Shown here one piece after another: positions 12,913 through 23,700 of a stretch of 64,000 nt of DNA. Position numbers and translations under genes: made by a program. The notes beneath the pieces were generated by a model. It ran no database searches. It was not told the origin of the DNA and was given only the letters and a program-made list of their open reading frames with translations. Origin of the DNA: Emiliania huxleyi CCMP1516 (taxonomy: Eukaryota); NCBI RefSeq assembly GCF_000372725.1, contig NW_005201613.1:30290-94289 (forward strand), given 5' to 3'. Within the stretch, counting starts at the first letter, position 1; the number at the start of each line of letters is the position of its first letter.

Positions 12913-14948
12913 ATGCCATCCAACCTGCTCGACGGCGCCTCCTCCTCTTCCGACTCGGAGGAGGATGTCTCGCCCCCGCCTCGCCACTCTTTGCAGCACA
13001 CTTTGCCCACCAATCACTCCAATCAGCCTGGCGGGCCTCCGCCGCCGCCGCTGCGCCCGGCGGGCGCAGCGGCGTCACTACCGCTGCGAGTGCCGCCTCT
13101 CGCGAACATCGTCATCATGCCGGTTCGGCGTTATACGGCGACCGCCGACGGCGCCCGCTTCCTCGAGGGCGAGGGCGTTCTGCACCTCACGGGTGGTGTG
13201 CTGCGGCACGTCTGCTGCCCGTCCTCGTCGTACGACTCCACGCCGCGCCTCGGCCGCCTGCGCCAGGCGAGCGGCAAGGCAGAGAGCCCTCGCGAAGACG
13301 CCCCAGCGCCCCCCCCCCGCACCCTGCCGCGCGCGCGCGCAGTGCCCCTGCCGCGCCACCACAAGCGCCGGCGCCCGCGCACCTCCTTGCCGCAGCGGGT
13401 GATCATACACGTACATGCATGTGCCCTCCCCCCAGACTCCGGACGCCACGCACCTCGACCTGCCGCCTCCTCGTCCGTCGCAGGTGAAGCGTGAGCTCGA
13501 GGAGCTGCTCGCGGGACGCGCCGCGGGCGCGGGGGACGGCGTCAGCTGCAACAACAACGGGAGCGACTGCTGCGACCCCGGAGACGGCGTCGGTGAGTGC
13601 AGCGCTTGCGGCGTCGGCTGCGCGGTCGCGGGTGGGGGCGCGGGCGGAGGCGCCGGCGGAGGCGCCGGCGGGGGCGCGGGCGGCGCGAGCAGCGGCGCGC
13701 TCGGCGGCGGCGGAGCCGACGCGGACGAGATGCCCGAGGTGTGGACGGTCGACGTGGGCGCGGGCGGCGTCTCGATTTGGCTTGTCCGCGCGCCCGACGA
13801 GCTTGCGTTTCGGCGCGCGCCGCCGTCGACCGAGCCGACGACGCTGCTCGTGCTCCCGGCGTCGACCGATTGCGAGCGCGACGCGGCGGCGCGCCTCGCC
13901 GCCACGCTCNNNNNNNNNNNNNNNNNNNNNNNNNNNNNNNNNNNNNNNNNNNNNNNNNNNNNNNNNNNNNNNNNNNNNNNNNNNNNNNNNNNNNNNNNNN
14001 NNNNNNNNNNNNNNNNNNNNNNNNNNNNNNNNNNNNNNNNNNNNNNNNNNNNNNNNNNNNNNNNNNNNNNNNNNNNNNNNNNNNNNNNNNNNNNNNNNNN
14101 NNNNNNNNNNNNNNNNNNNNNNNNNNNNNNNNNNNNNNNNNNNNNNNNNNNNNNNNNNNNNNNNNNNNNNNNNNNNNNNNNNNNNNNNNNNNNNNNNNNN
14201 NNNNNNNNNNNNNNNNNNNNNNNNNNNNNNNNNNNNNNNNNNNNNNNNNNNNNNNNNNNNNNNNNNNNNNNNNNNNNNNNNNNNNNNNNNNNNNNNNNNN
14301 NNNNNNNNNNNNNNNNNNNNNNNNNNNNNNNNNNNNNNNNNNNNNNNNNNNNNNNNNNNNNNNNNNNNNNNNNNNNNNNNNNNNNNTCTTTCCCCCTCAC
14401 CGCCGTCCCCACCCCCTTCCGGCCCGCCCCCTGCCCCATCGCCCTCCTGCCCACGCTGCCTGAGCCGTCGCATGCCGCCCCTGCAGGGGGCGCCTCTGTC
14501 GCAGCCACGCGCGAGGTGTTTGACGCGCTCGGCCAGTCGGGCTCGCAGGTCCGCCTCACCCCCCCCGATGGTAGGACGAGATAGCAGCCGCGCTTGAGGC
14601 GCCGCGAGCCCGACTGTGCAGGTCTGCTCGTCGACGGCGGCTGTCGCCTCTGGCGCTGTCAGCCACCGGTTCGGAGAGGACGCCGGACGGGTCACCTCCT
14701 CGGCCTTGTGCGCCGTCGGCTCCACCGTCGGCGCGGTGCACAACGTGGCTTCGCTCGGCCGGCGCGGCCTCGTGACCAACGTCACAAAGTGCGCCGCCAC
14801 CGGCGTCGCAAAGACGGTGGCGGCGGACGACGCGTGGGAGGAGTGGCCGGCACGGCGGCCGGTGCCGATGCTGCTCTCGAACCACAGCGAAGGCGACTTC
14901 CTGCTCGTCTCCTCCGCCGCGCGCCCTCCCTCGCGGCATACGGCGTGA
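12913..14948 (+). CDS. Spartin/ERD7-like senescence-domain protein, multi-exon, spans a gap
   Basis: Spliced C-terminus VFDALGQSGSQ|VCSSTAAVASGAVSHRFGEDAGRVTSSALCAVG..HNVASLGRRGLVTNVTK resembles the Senescence domain (VSH[KR][YF]GE.A). Start and 5' exons are uncertain. Confidence 0.65.
13910..14386. other. Assembly gap (N run)
   Basis: Ns in sequence. Confidence 1.
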
Positions 14949-15660
14949 CGATGCTTTGCGCTGGTCGCCGGCCGCAGCAGAGTGCGTGGATAGCCACGAC
15001 GGCGGCTGGCAACTCGAGCGAGCGCCGAGGCGCGGTGTACCAGTTGCGGACTTGTGTCGCCGAGGTGGTCCCCTGGGAGGGGAGATACGACGAGAGAGGG
15101 GTAGCCAAGTTAGTGGACGAAGTGGAAGCTTGCGTGTCGGTCCTCGTTGAAGTCTTGAGAGTTGTATGAGTCGGTCTGTCTTTCTGTGCGCCCGTTCTGA
15201 TCCCAGGAGCTCTGTGTCTCTGTCGATCTCTGTGAGCCTTTCTTTTTCGAGCCGCCTCTATCGCAGCGCACTCGCCATCCATCTATGAGCCTATTAACTA
15301 TTATAGACTATATAATAGCAATAAGGCTTGAAAAAACGAGGCAAACTGGCCGTCTCGGTAGAGTGGGGGTAGCGGACAGGTGCGTCTCCAACGTAGTTTT
15401 TGGGTAAACCGTTACTAAACCTGGTTTTACCCGGAGTTATTGGCCTTGTGTCAGTTGAGCGCTCGCTCGCTGCAGAGGCTAAGTGTAGAGCGACCCTCTA
15501 GCCCTGAAGCCGTACATGTACATGTGCTACCCGACCATTCGATGTTGTGCGTGGGAAGACAAAGAAATCACTTCCCGTCAGCGGGACACAGTGAGGGGTC
15601 GCAGTGTTTGTTGGCCACCATCCCGGATCCCGCCCATTATGCTCACAACGTGTGTGCATG

Positions 15661-15818
15661 CACATGACATGAACATGAACATGAACATGAACATGAACAT
15701 GAACATGAACATGAACATGAACATGAACATGAACATGACATGAACATGAACATGACATGACATGCACATGCACATGCACATGCACATGCACATGCACATG
15801 CACATGCACATGCTACAT
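15661..15818. repeat. Compound hexamer microsatellite (ACATGA)n followed by (ACATGC)n
   Basis: Direct reading. Confidence 0.97.
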
Positions 15819-15879
15819 GCTTTGTCCTAGCATACTCTGATTTCAGCCCCGCCGGATGACATGAGTGCAAGCTATAGCG

Positions 15880-17688
15880 TCAGAGCGCGGGGAGTCGTGT
15901 CTGATAAAGCTGCCGAGAGGCTACGTGGGCAATGAGGACGGCCGCAAAGAAGGGAAGGGCGCCGTTAAGAATCGCAAAGGCAGGCATCCGCTCGTCGCCC
16001 ATTCGGACGCGGAAGATCGAGTCGCCGCACGTAGCTGCGCAGACAGAGTAGGCCGCTGCGCGTAGCTTACATTTGCAAGAGAGAGTGGAGGGCGAGAAGG
16101 CTCCGAAGGTGGCGCCGCCCGCTACAAAGAGCGCGACCATGCCAAGCCTTGCGTCCTCCAGCTTGTCGAGCTCATCAATCAGCGCTGCCGGCGAGCGGAC
16201 GAGGACGTCGACGACACGCAGCGTCGGGGCACTCACGACCAGCAGCATCACCGCGCGCGCGACAATGCGAGGCGAGGCTTGTGCCATGTAGGCGACGTCA
16301 ATCACGGCCAGCCCCGCGGCCGCGAACAGGATGACCGGGACGGTGTAGAGCTCGGCCAGGAAGGCGACGCACACCACCACGACGGCGAGCGTGACCTGGA
16401 TCGGTGCTATCACGCCCTGGTGCGCCGCGAAGAGCAGCGGCGCCGGCGTGGCCGGTGGCGAGGGCGGCACGGAGGCGGAGGGGTCGCTCATCAGCGCCAT
16501 CAATTCGTCGCCAGAGAAGACGTCCACGGCGACTTGCGCTAGATCTACGTGAGGCGCCGCGCCCTCGAAATCACCTCCGCCGCCGGCCTGCTCTTGACGG
16601 TGCTCGAGGAGCGGCAAGGGCAGCGGGGAGCCAGCCTGCAGCTCGCCCGGCGTGTTCATCGGCGCCGTCTCCGTGCTCGAGGCGAGCCGTGCCACGCCCT
16701 CACTCCGCATGAGGGGCACGAGGGTGCGGTTGGAGACCTTAAACTTGACGAAGAGTGCGCCGCCCTCGCCCTCGTGCAGATACTCGTCTGGGACCGGCGA
16801 GGTCGAGACGGAGGGCGCGATCTCGACCTGCTTTTGCTCGCAGAGGAGGGACGGCTTGCGGGCAGGAAGGCTGTTCAGCCAGGCCGGGTGCTCCTTCCTG
16901 CGTGGGTTGGGGGAAGGGGGGGGGGGGTTGGGGGGGGGGGGGGGTGGGGTGGGGGGTGAAATTCGGGCGCCACACCGCTGTACCTGCAATGGGAACGCAC
17001 GCTATCGGTCGACGCGTAGTCCTTGCCGCACCCGACGAAGCGGCAGACGAACCGAGAGACATAGCGCGGCGCCTACTTGCAGAGGAGCGCGACTGTCCAG
17101 TGCAGCCACTCTCGGCGCGAGAACTGGCCCCATGCTATCCGCGAACGCCGAGCCCACTCCCGAACCCGTTGGCCCAATCAACGCCGCCGGATCCGCCGCC
17201 GCCGCCGCCGGATCCGCCTCCGCAGCTGCGGAATGCGGCAGAGGCGGGCCGACGCCCGCAAAAACGGCGGAGCTCTGCTCGCCCTCCTCGACGAGTTGGC
17301 TCAAGAGCTGTAGGTCCACGAGTACCTCCTCTTGCCCCTCCCGCTCTCGCTTGCGAGCAGTTGGTTCGGCGGCGGCGGCATCGGCGGCATCGGCGGCATC
17401 GGCGGCATCGGCGGCATCGGCGGCATCGGCGGCATCGGCGGCATCGGCGGCGGGCGGCGGCGGCGGCGGCGCCAGTGCCAGGATCGCCATTGGCGCTCCG
17501 ACGTGGTTTTTCATGTTGGACCGCTTGGTGTTGTTGGCGAGGCGAAAGGCCTTGCCATGAAACGCGCCCTCGCACACGCTCCACACGCCGCTCGTCTTGA
17601 CCATGCGCAGGCTGTCCGCCGTGTCTTGGTTCAGCATTCGGACGCGGTCGCACGGGATAGCGAGCTCAGCTCGGCAGCGGCTGCACAT
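15880..17688 (-). CDS. Hypothetical protein with N-terminal CxxC domain, low-complexity linker and C-terminal transmembrane helices (intron or frameshift near 17000)
   Basis: ORF 17002-17688 (CSRCR..SGVW..FRLANNT, (ADA)n) plus ORF 15880-16989 with several hydrophobic helices after PPSPP. Confidence 0.5.
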
Positions 17689-17959
17689 CTAAAGAGAAAA
17701 AGAGACGGCTGAGGCGAGGCGTGGAGTGGGTATGCAGCGACCGCATGGGAGCGCTGTTGCCTTGCTCGCAAGATGCCCCGCTACTTGAGACGCAGCGTGG
17801 GGCGTCGAGGCGTCCACCGCCGAGGTGACCGGCGCTGCGCAGCGCGACCGCGTCCCCGAGAGCTCAGCGCCCCAGCAAACACGAGCGTCGGCTTCCATCG
17901 AAATTTTCAGAGGAGTGATTGACAGCGTCTCAGTGGAAAAAGAATTAGTACGTTGGCTG

Positions 17960-18796
17960 CAAAGGGGATATTACCAATAACCAAGGCCTCGCGTGTGACT
18001 TTGCACGTAACCTAGCCAAGCACGGGATAGCGACATGGTCGGACGTGTCAGAATGGGGGTATGGGGCACCGGGGAAGTGTTGACGTGGCCGCAAGTGAAG
18101 CGAGTCTATGGCCTCAAAGACAGCACGACGGAACATAGCGAATACAAGAGGCTGGCGGAGCAGCTGGAGCGACCAGAGTGGGCACAGCTGCGACAATACT
18201 GGAAGTGGGCGGTTATAGAAGAGCGCGCACACGGACAGAAGATGGGACGGAGGGCGCCCGATAGGGTGCTGAAGGTGAAGGCGGCAAGGAAGGCGCCGAC
18301 CTGCTATGGGGGAGGCATGGGGGAGGACGAACACGGATGGGAGTACCTCTGCGAATGGGAAGGCGAGCGGAGCGACAGTTGGGTGTGGCACGATAAGATG
18401 GAGAGCGTAGGATTTGTCGGTAAGCTCGCTAACACATGGGAGCGGGAGCTAATGCACGCGCAAGGCGTGAGACGGCAAGCGGCGTCCTTCCGAGAGTGGC
18501 TAGAACACCGCAGAAGACTAGGTAGTTCGGGGCCGGAGGCAGCGCAAGCGGGCAGAGCACTAGAGACGTGCAATGGAAAGAGTAATGCTCCGTCGTGGAG
18601 CGACGTGCTCGATCGATTCATTGAATACAGCAGGGAGGCAAACGGGGTGTGCACGAGCGGACCCAACATGACAGAACACACGTTCGAAGAAGGGCGAACC
18701 AGGAGACGGACATCCGAGTGGAGAGGAAGGCCAGGACGCTCTACCTCGGAGGGAAGAAACCGGCGCTCCTCGCGCGTCATCATTCTCTGTTCCTAA
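17960..18796 (+). mobile_element. Probable non-LTR retrotransposon fragment with a chromodomain-like segment
   Basis: A-rich strand bias unlike neighbouring genes; frameshifted LAKHGIATWSDV / GTGEVLTW; chromo-like VLKVKAARK..WEYLCEWEGERSDSWV. No RT core visible. Confidence 0.5.
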
Positions 18797-19353
18797 TAGA
18801 CTCTCACAAACAAGCGGCGACGCAGCAATGCAGCAGACCGAGAGGGCACAGACTCGACGGGAGATAGCTCCTGCCTCGCTCTCTCTCTCTCTCTCTCTCG
18901 CCGTTTACGCGTCGACGAGTCCCACGGGTCGGCGTGGAGCTTGCGGTTGCGCTCGTTCTTGTACGCGTTGAACGCGCCCTTCTTGAAGCGCGCCTCTCCG
19001 CCGTTGTCGAGCTGCACCGCGGTCTCGTTCTCGAGCACGTCCGTGTCCTCAAAGTCGCCCGCGCGGTTGGCCTGGTCCTTGACCCACGGCTCGGTGGACG
19101 TGGCCGAAGGCTTGATGCCGCGGAGCGAGTACGGCACCTGCCGGAACGTCGACGAGTCCCACCCCTTCTTCGCGCCGCGCGGCCGCATGCGCGGGTCGTC
19201 GAGGCGGTACGCCGAGAGCGGCGGGTCCATGTCGATGCCGTAGCGCGTCGGCTTGCCAAAGTCAGACGTGTCGAAGGTCGCGTTGTAGACCTGCTGGTCG
19301 ATGGTCCACGGCTCGCGCGTGATCGGCTTGATCGCCTTCAGGTACGCGGGCAT
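18793..19353 (-). CDS. Hypothetical protein with internal repeats; 3' end uncertain
   Basis: Strong GC3 codon bias; repeats L(K/R)(A/G)IKP..EPW and WDSST twice each; runs into (GA)n at ~18878-18899. Confidence 0.7.
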   Translation of the reverse strand: MPAYLKAIKPITREPWTIDQQVYNATFDTSDFGKPTRYGIDMDPPLSAYRLDDPRMRPRGAKKGWDSSTFRQVPYSLRGIKPSATSTEPWVKDQANRAGDFEDTDVLENETAVQLDNGGEARFKKGAFNAYKNERNRKLHADPWDSSTRKRRERERERARQELSPVESVPSRSAALLRRRLFVRVY

Positions 19354-19445
19354 CGATGCAACTTATACACTTATGAAACGGCATGATGTGCCTGTAAAAC
19401 GGCGCACTCACACTAGCAAAACACCTCTCTCCACAGTACCTCAAT

Positions 19446-20657
19446 TCAGTTCACAAGGCGTTCAAGGCGCGTCAATTCGGAGTCCTCGGTCGCATCATTT
19501 GCTGGTGCTGGTGCTGGTGGTGCTGCTGCTGCCGCCGACGCTTCCTCCTTGAAGTCTCCCTTGGCGGGAGGCGGCTTGCCGGTGAACTTGTCGTGCGTGA
19601 TGATGCGCGCATTCGGCTGCGTGCCGAGCGGATTGGGCGTCGAGTGCGCGGCGAACCATGCGCCGACGCGCCCGGTGACAAGCCGGAAGTAGCATCGGTG
19701 CTGTCCCTTCTCGAGCGGCCGCGACTCGTGCGGCGTGTGGTCGGTCATCCAGAAGAGCTGCTCGGCCTGCAGGCTGATCGGCCAAAGAACGCGTTGCACG
19801 CCGCCTTCAATCAGGTGCGCCGAGCCGATGGTGTCGCCTGCGCCATCCTCATAGCGCGCTTTGGCGGACAACGGCATAATCTCGTTCAGAATGGGCCGCA
19901 GGTGCTCAACATCGCCACCCGCGCCCACGAGGATCTCGGGGACGCGGCAATTGTAGACGTGCGTAGAGTCGTCCACATCCGACGCCATGAATATGCCTCC
20001 GGTGAACTCGCCATGCAGCGCGTCTCCGTAGCCCCAAGGCTCCCAGACCCGTTCGCGCACGCATTCTTGCTTGCCAGCCTCGAACGGCAGGTACGCGAAT
20101 CCCTCAGTGTGAAGGCCCGAGCGGCGCTGCGACTCGCCCTCGTTGACGACGCTCTCCTGCACCGTCAGGTAGGCGATGCGCATGTCCTCTGGCATTGGCG
20201 TGGCCTGAGCTTTCGCCTGCCCAACGCTGTACTTTGGCTTCCGTTGCTCATCCCTGCAGCCTCTCAGGTTGTTGCGGCAGACTTTGATCATGTAGCCATA
20301 GTCCTTTTGCAAGTCGGCGGGCAGAGTCGAGAGGTCGTCGAGACGAAAGGGCATCATGTTCACGTTGCGGCCTTTGGGCGTCGGGAAGCTGACGTCGTCC
20401 ACGTGCGCGAATGCAACGCATTCCTTGTCCGCGCGAAGCGCGTCGAGCGCCCGCTCGCGCTCCACGAGCACCCAGATGGCCTCGAGCACGTCCACGTGGC
20501 CCGCGAGCTTGCAGAGCGGGCTGCCCTCGTCGCGCGTGCCAAGCAGCACGGTGCAAAGCGTCGCGTCGAGGGGACGACGAGTCGCGGCGGCGGGTGGTGT
20601 GGGCGACGACGGCGATGCTGTCGGCGGCGACGACGACGATGACGCGGAGGAAGCCAT
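19446..20657 (-). CDS. Uncharacterised 2OG-Fe(II) dioxygenase-like (DSBH) protein, single exon
   Basis: NVNMMPF, AYLTVQES, QRRSGLHTEG (HxE), GGIFMAS, LFWMTDHTPHES (distal His), RCYFRLV (2OG-binding Arg) fit the HxD/E...H...R layout. Confidence 0.75.
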   Translation of the reverse strand: MASSASSSSSPPTASPSSPTPPAAATRRPLDATLCTVLLGTRDEGSPLCKLAGHVDVLEAIWVLVERERALDALRADKECVAFAHVDDVSFPTPKGRNVNMMPFRLDDLSTLPADLQKDYGYMIKVCRNNLRGCRDEQRKPKYSVGQAKAQATPMPEDMRIAYLTVQESVVNEGESQRRSGLHTEGFAYLPFEAGKQECVRERVWEPWGYGDALHGEFTGGIFMASDVDDSTHVYNCRVPEILVGAGGDVEHLRPILNEIMPLSAKARYEDGAGDTIGSAHLIEGGVQRVLWPISLQAEQLFWMTDHTPHESRPLEKGQHRCYFRLVTGRVGAWFAAHSTPNPLGTQPNARIITHDKFTGKPPPAKGDFKEEASAAAAAPPAPAPANDATEDSELTRLERLVN

Positions 20658-20776
20658 CCCGGCGGGGATGGTGTTGCGCGGCGTCGCCTGCGTCCGTCCT
20701 CGCGACGCTGACCGACCCACCAAACCACGAACCCCCAAGCAAGACAGCGGCACGCACCTGGGGCGCGGTCGGCTCT

Positions 20777-23700
20777 ATGCTGTTCGTGGCGCTCCTGCAC
20801 CTGGCGACGCCGCTCGAGCCACCACAAGTGCCGCGTCTCAACCTCTACCCGCCCCGCCGAGTTGCGCTGCTCGTGGAGCCCACACCATTCACGCACATCA
20901 GCGGCTACTCCAATCGCTTCAAGGAGATGCTCCGCTTCCTGGTCGCTGCTGGCGACGAGGTGCACAGGCTGGTGGTGCGCTGTCGCCCGACCACACCGAA
21001 CCGCCTCCACCTCGCCTGGAATAGGTGACTGTGATCACGCCGGACGACACACCGGAGCGGCCGCGCTCTTTCCTCGGCGTACCGATCACCTACCTGCCCG
21101 GCTTCCGCCTTCTTTTCTACAAGCAGGCGACACTGCACTCGCGCCACCGCCGCTGACCCTCACCCTCACTCTCACCCTCACCCTCACCCTCTCCCTCTCC
21201 CTCACCCTCACCCTCACCCTCACCCGAGCAGACGCTCCTCACACCTCGTCAGGTCCAGCTCTCGCTCGACTGCCGCCGCGTCGCCCTCCGCGCCCTCCGC
21301 TCCTTCCGGCCAAGCCTCCTCCACGTCTCTGCCCTGTGAATAGTATAGCTGTGAACAGTACAGCTGTGAATAGGCCAAGCCTCCTCCACGTCTCTGCCCC
21401 CGGCGTCCTCGCCCTGCCCGCCATCCTGTGCGCGCGCCTCCCCTCGCGCGCGCCTCTCTCTGTGTGAACGGCGACTCTTCACACACGCACCCGCACCCGC
21501 GAGTGCAGGTACTCTCGCCTCCTCTCCGTCCCTCTCGTCGTCTCGTACCACACACACCTCTCCGTCTACGCCGCGCGCTACGTCACCACCCCCGGCGCCG
21601 CCTCGCCTCGCCTCTGCTCTGCTCTGCTCTCCTCTGCTCCCCTCTGCTCTCCTCTGCTCTCCTCTCCTCTGCTCTGCTCTCCTCTCCTCTCCTCTCCTCT
21701 CCTCTCCTCGCCTCGCCTCGCCTCGCCTCGCCTCGCCTCGCCTCGCCTCGCCTGTGTATGTTACCAAGGCCCGGACCCGCAGGCTTGCGCTGGCTCGCGG
21801 TGAAGCTGGCAGACGCGCTGCTGCCCCGGCTGCTCAACTGCGCCGACCTCACGCTCGCCACGAGCCCGCAGCTGCAGCAGCAGCTGCGCGCGCTCGGCTG
21901 CAGGCGCGTCGAGGGTGGGTTCGGGTACCGTGGGGTAGGGGAGGGTGGGTTCGGGTACCTTTGGGGGTAGGGGAGGCGCTCGGCTGCAGGCGCGTCGAGG
22001 TGTGGCGCAAGGGCGTCGACACGCTCACTTTCTCGCCCGCCTTCAACGCCTCCAACTCCCACGCCCGGCACGCGCTGACGGGCGGGCAGCCGCACCGGCC
22101 GCCGCTGCTGTCGCTGGACTCGTGCCGCCTCTCCCGCCGCCGCCCTCCGAGATTTGGCCGAGATCGCGTAGGCCGCTGCTGCTGTACGTCGGGCGGCTCG
22201 TAAAAAAGAAATCCCGACGCTGGGCGATTTCTTTTTTAGGCCGCTGCTGCTGTACGTCGGGCGGCTCGGCGCGGAGAAGCGCGTCGAGCTGCTGCGGCCA
22301 GGCTGTCTCGGCTCTTTGGCCAGCGAAGGTGGTGACTCGGTCACAGGCGCGTCGAGCTGCTGCGGCCAGGCTGTCTCGGCTCTTTGGCCAGCGAAGGTGG
22401 TGACTCGGTCACAGGCGCGTCGAGCTGCTGCGGCCAGGCTGTCTCGGCTCTTTGGCCAGCGAAGGTGGTGACTCGGTCACAGGCGCGTCGAGCTGCTGCG
22501 GCCAGGCTGTCTCGGCTCTTTGGCCAGCGAAGGTGGTGACTCGGTCACAGGCGCGTCGAGCTGCTGCGGCCAGGCTGTCTCGGCTCTTTGGCCAGCGAAG
22601 GTGGTGACTCGGTCACAGGCGCGTCGAGCTGCTGCGGCCAGGCTGTCTCGGCTCTTTGGCCAGCGAAGGTGGTGACTCGGTCACAGGCGCGTCGAGCTGC
22701 TGCGGCCAGGCTGTCTCGGCTCTTTGGCCAGCGAAGGTGGTGACTCGGTCACAGGCGCGTCGAGCTGCTGCGGCCAGGCTGTCTCGGCTCTTTGGCCAGC
22801 GAAGGTGGTGACTCGGTCACAGGCGCGTCGAGCTGCTGCGGCCAGGCTGTCTCGGCTCTTTGGCCAGCGAAGGTGGTGACTCGGTCACAGGCGCGTCGAG
22901 CTGCTGCGGCCAGGCTGTCTCGGCTCTTTGGCCAGCGAAGGTGGTGACTCGGTCATAGGCGCGTCGAGCTGCTGCGGCCAGGCTGTCTCGGCTCTTTGGC
23001 CAGCGAAGGTGGTGACTCGGTCACAGGCGCGTCGAGCTGCTGCGGGCGGTGCTGGACGCGAGGCCAGACGCGACTTTGGCGATAGCAGAACTGTGAAGAG
23101 TGCAGCTGTGAAGAGTGCAGCTGTGAATAGGCCGGACGCGACTTTGGCGATCGTTGGCGGGGGGCCAGCGGAGGCGAGTTCACACCGTCCTATTCACAGC
23201 TGCACTCTTCACAGCTGTACTGTTCACAGCTCTGCTCTCACACCGTCCTATTCACAGCTGCACTCTTCACCGCTGTACTGTTCACAGCTCTGCTCTCACA
23301 CCGTCCTATTCACAGCTGCACTCTTCACCGCTGTACTGTTCACAGCTCTGCTCTCACACCGTCCTATTCACAGCTGCACTCTTCACCGCTGTACTGTTCA
23401 CAGCTCTGCTCTCACACCGTCCTATTCACAGCTGCACTCTTCACCGCTGTACTGTTCACAGCTCTGCTCTCACACCGTCCTATTCACAGCTGCACTCTTC
23501 ACAGCTGTACTGTTCACAGCTCTGCTCTCACACCGTCCCTCACCAACGGTCAACACCTCCCTCTGACTGGTCTGCCCGGAGGCGAGTTTGCGCCGCGAGT
23601 TTGCCGGTGCGGCGGCGGTGTTTGCCGGCGTTTTGCGGGGGCGAGGACCTCTCGTAAAAAAGAAAGCCCCGCCCATCGGCGATTTCATTTCTACTAGGCG

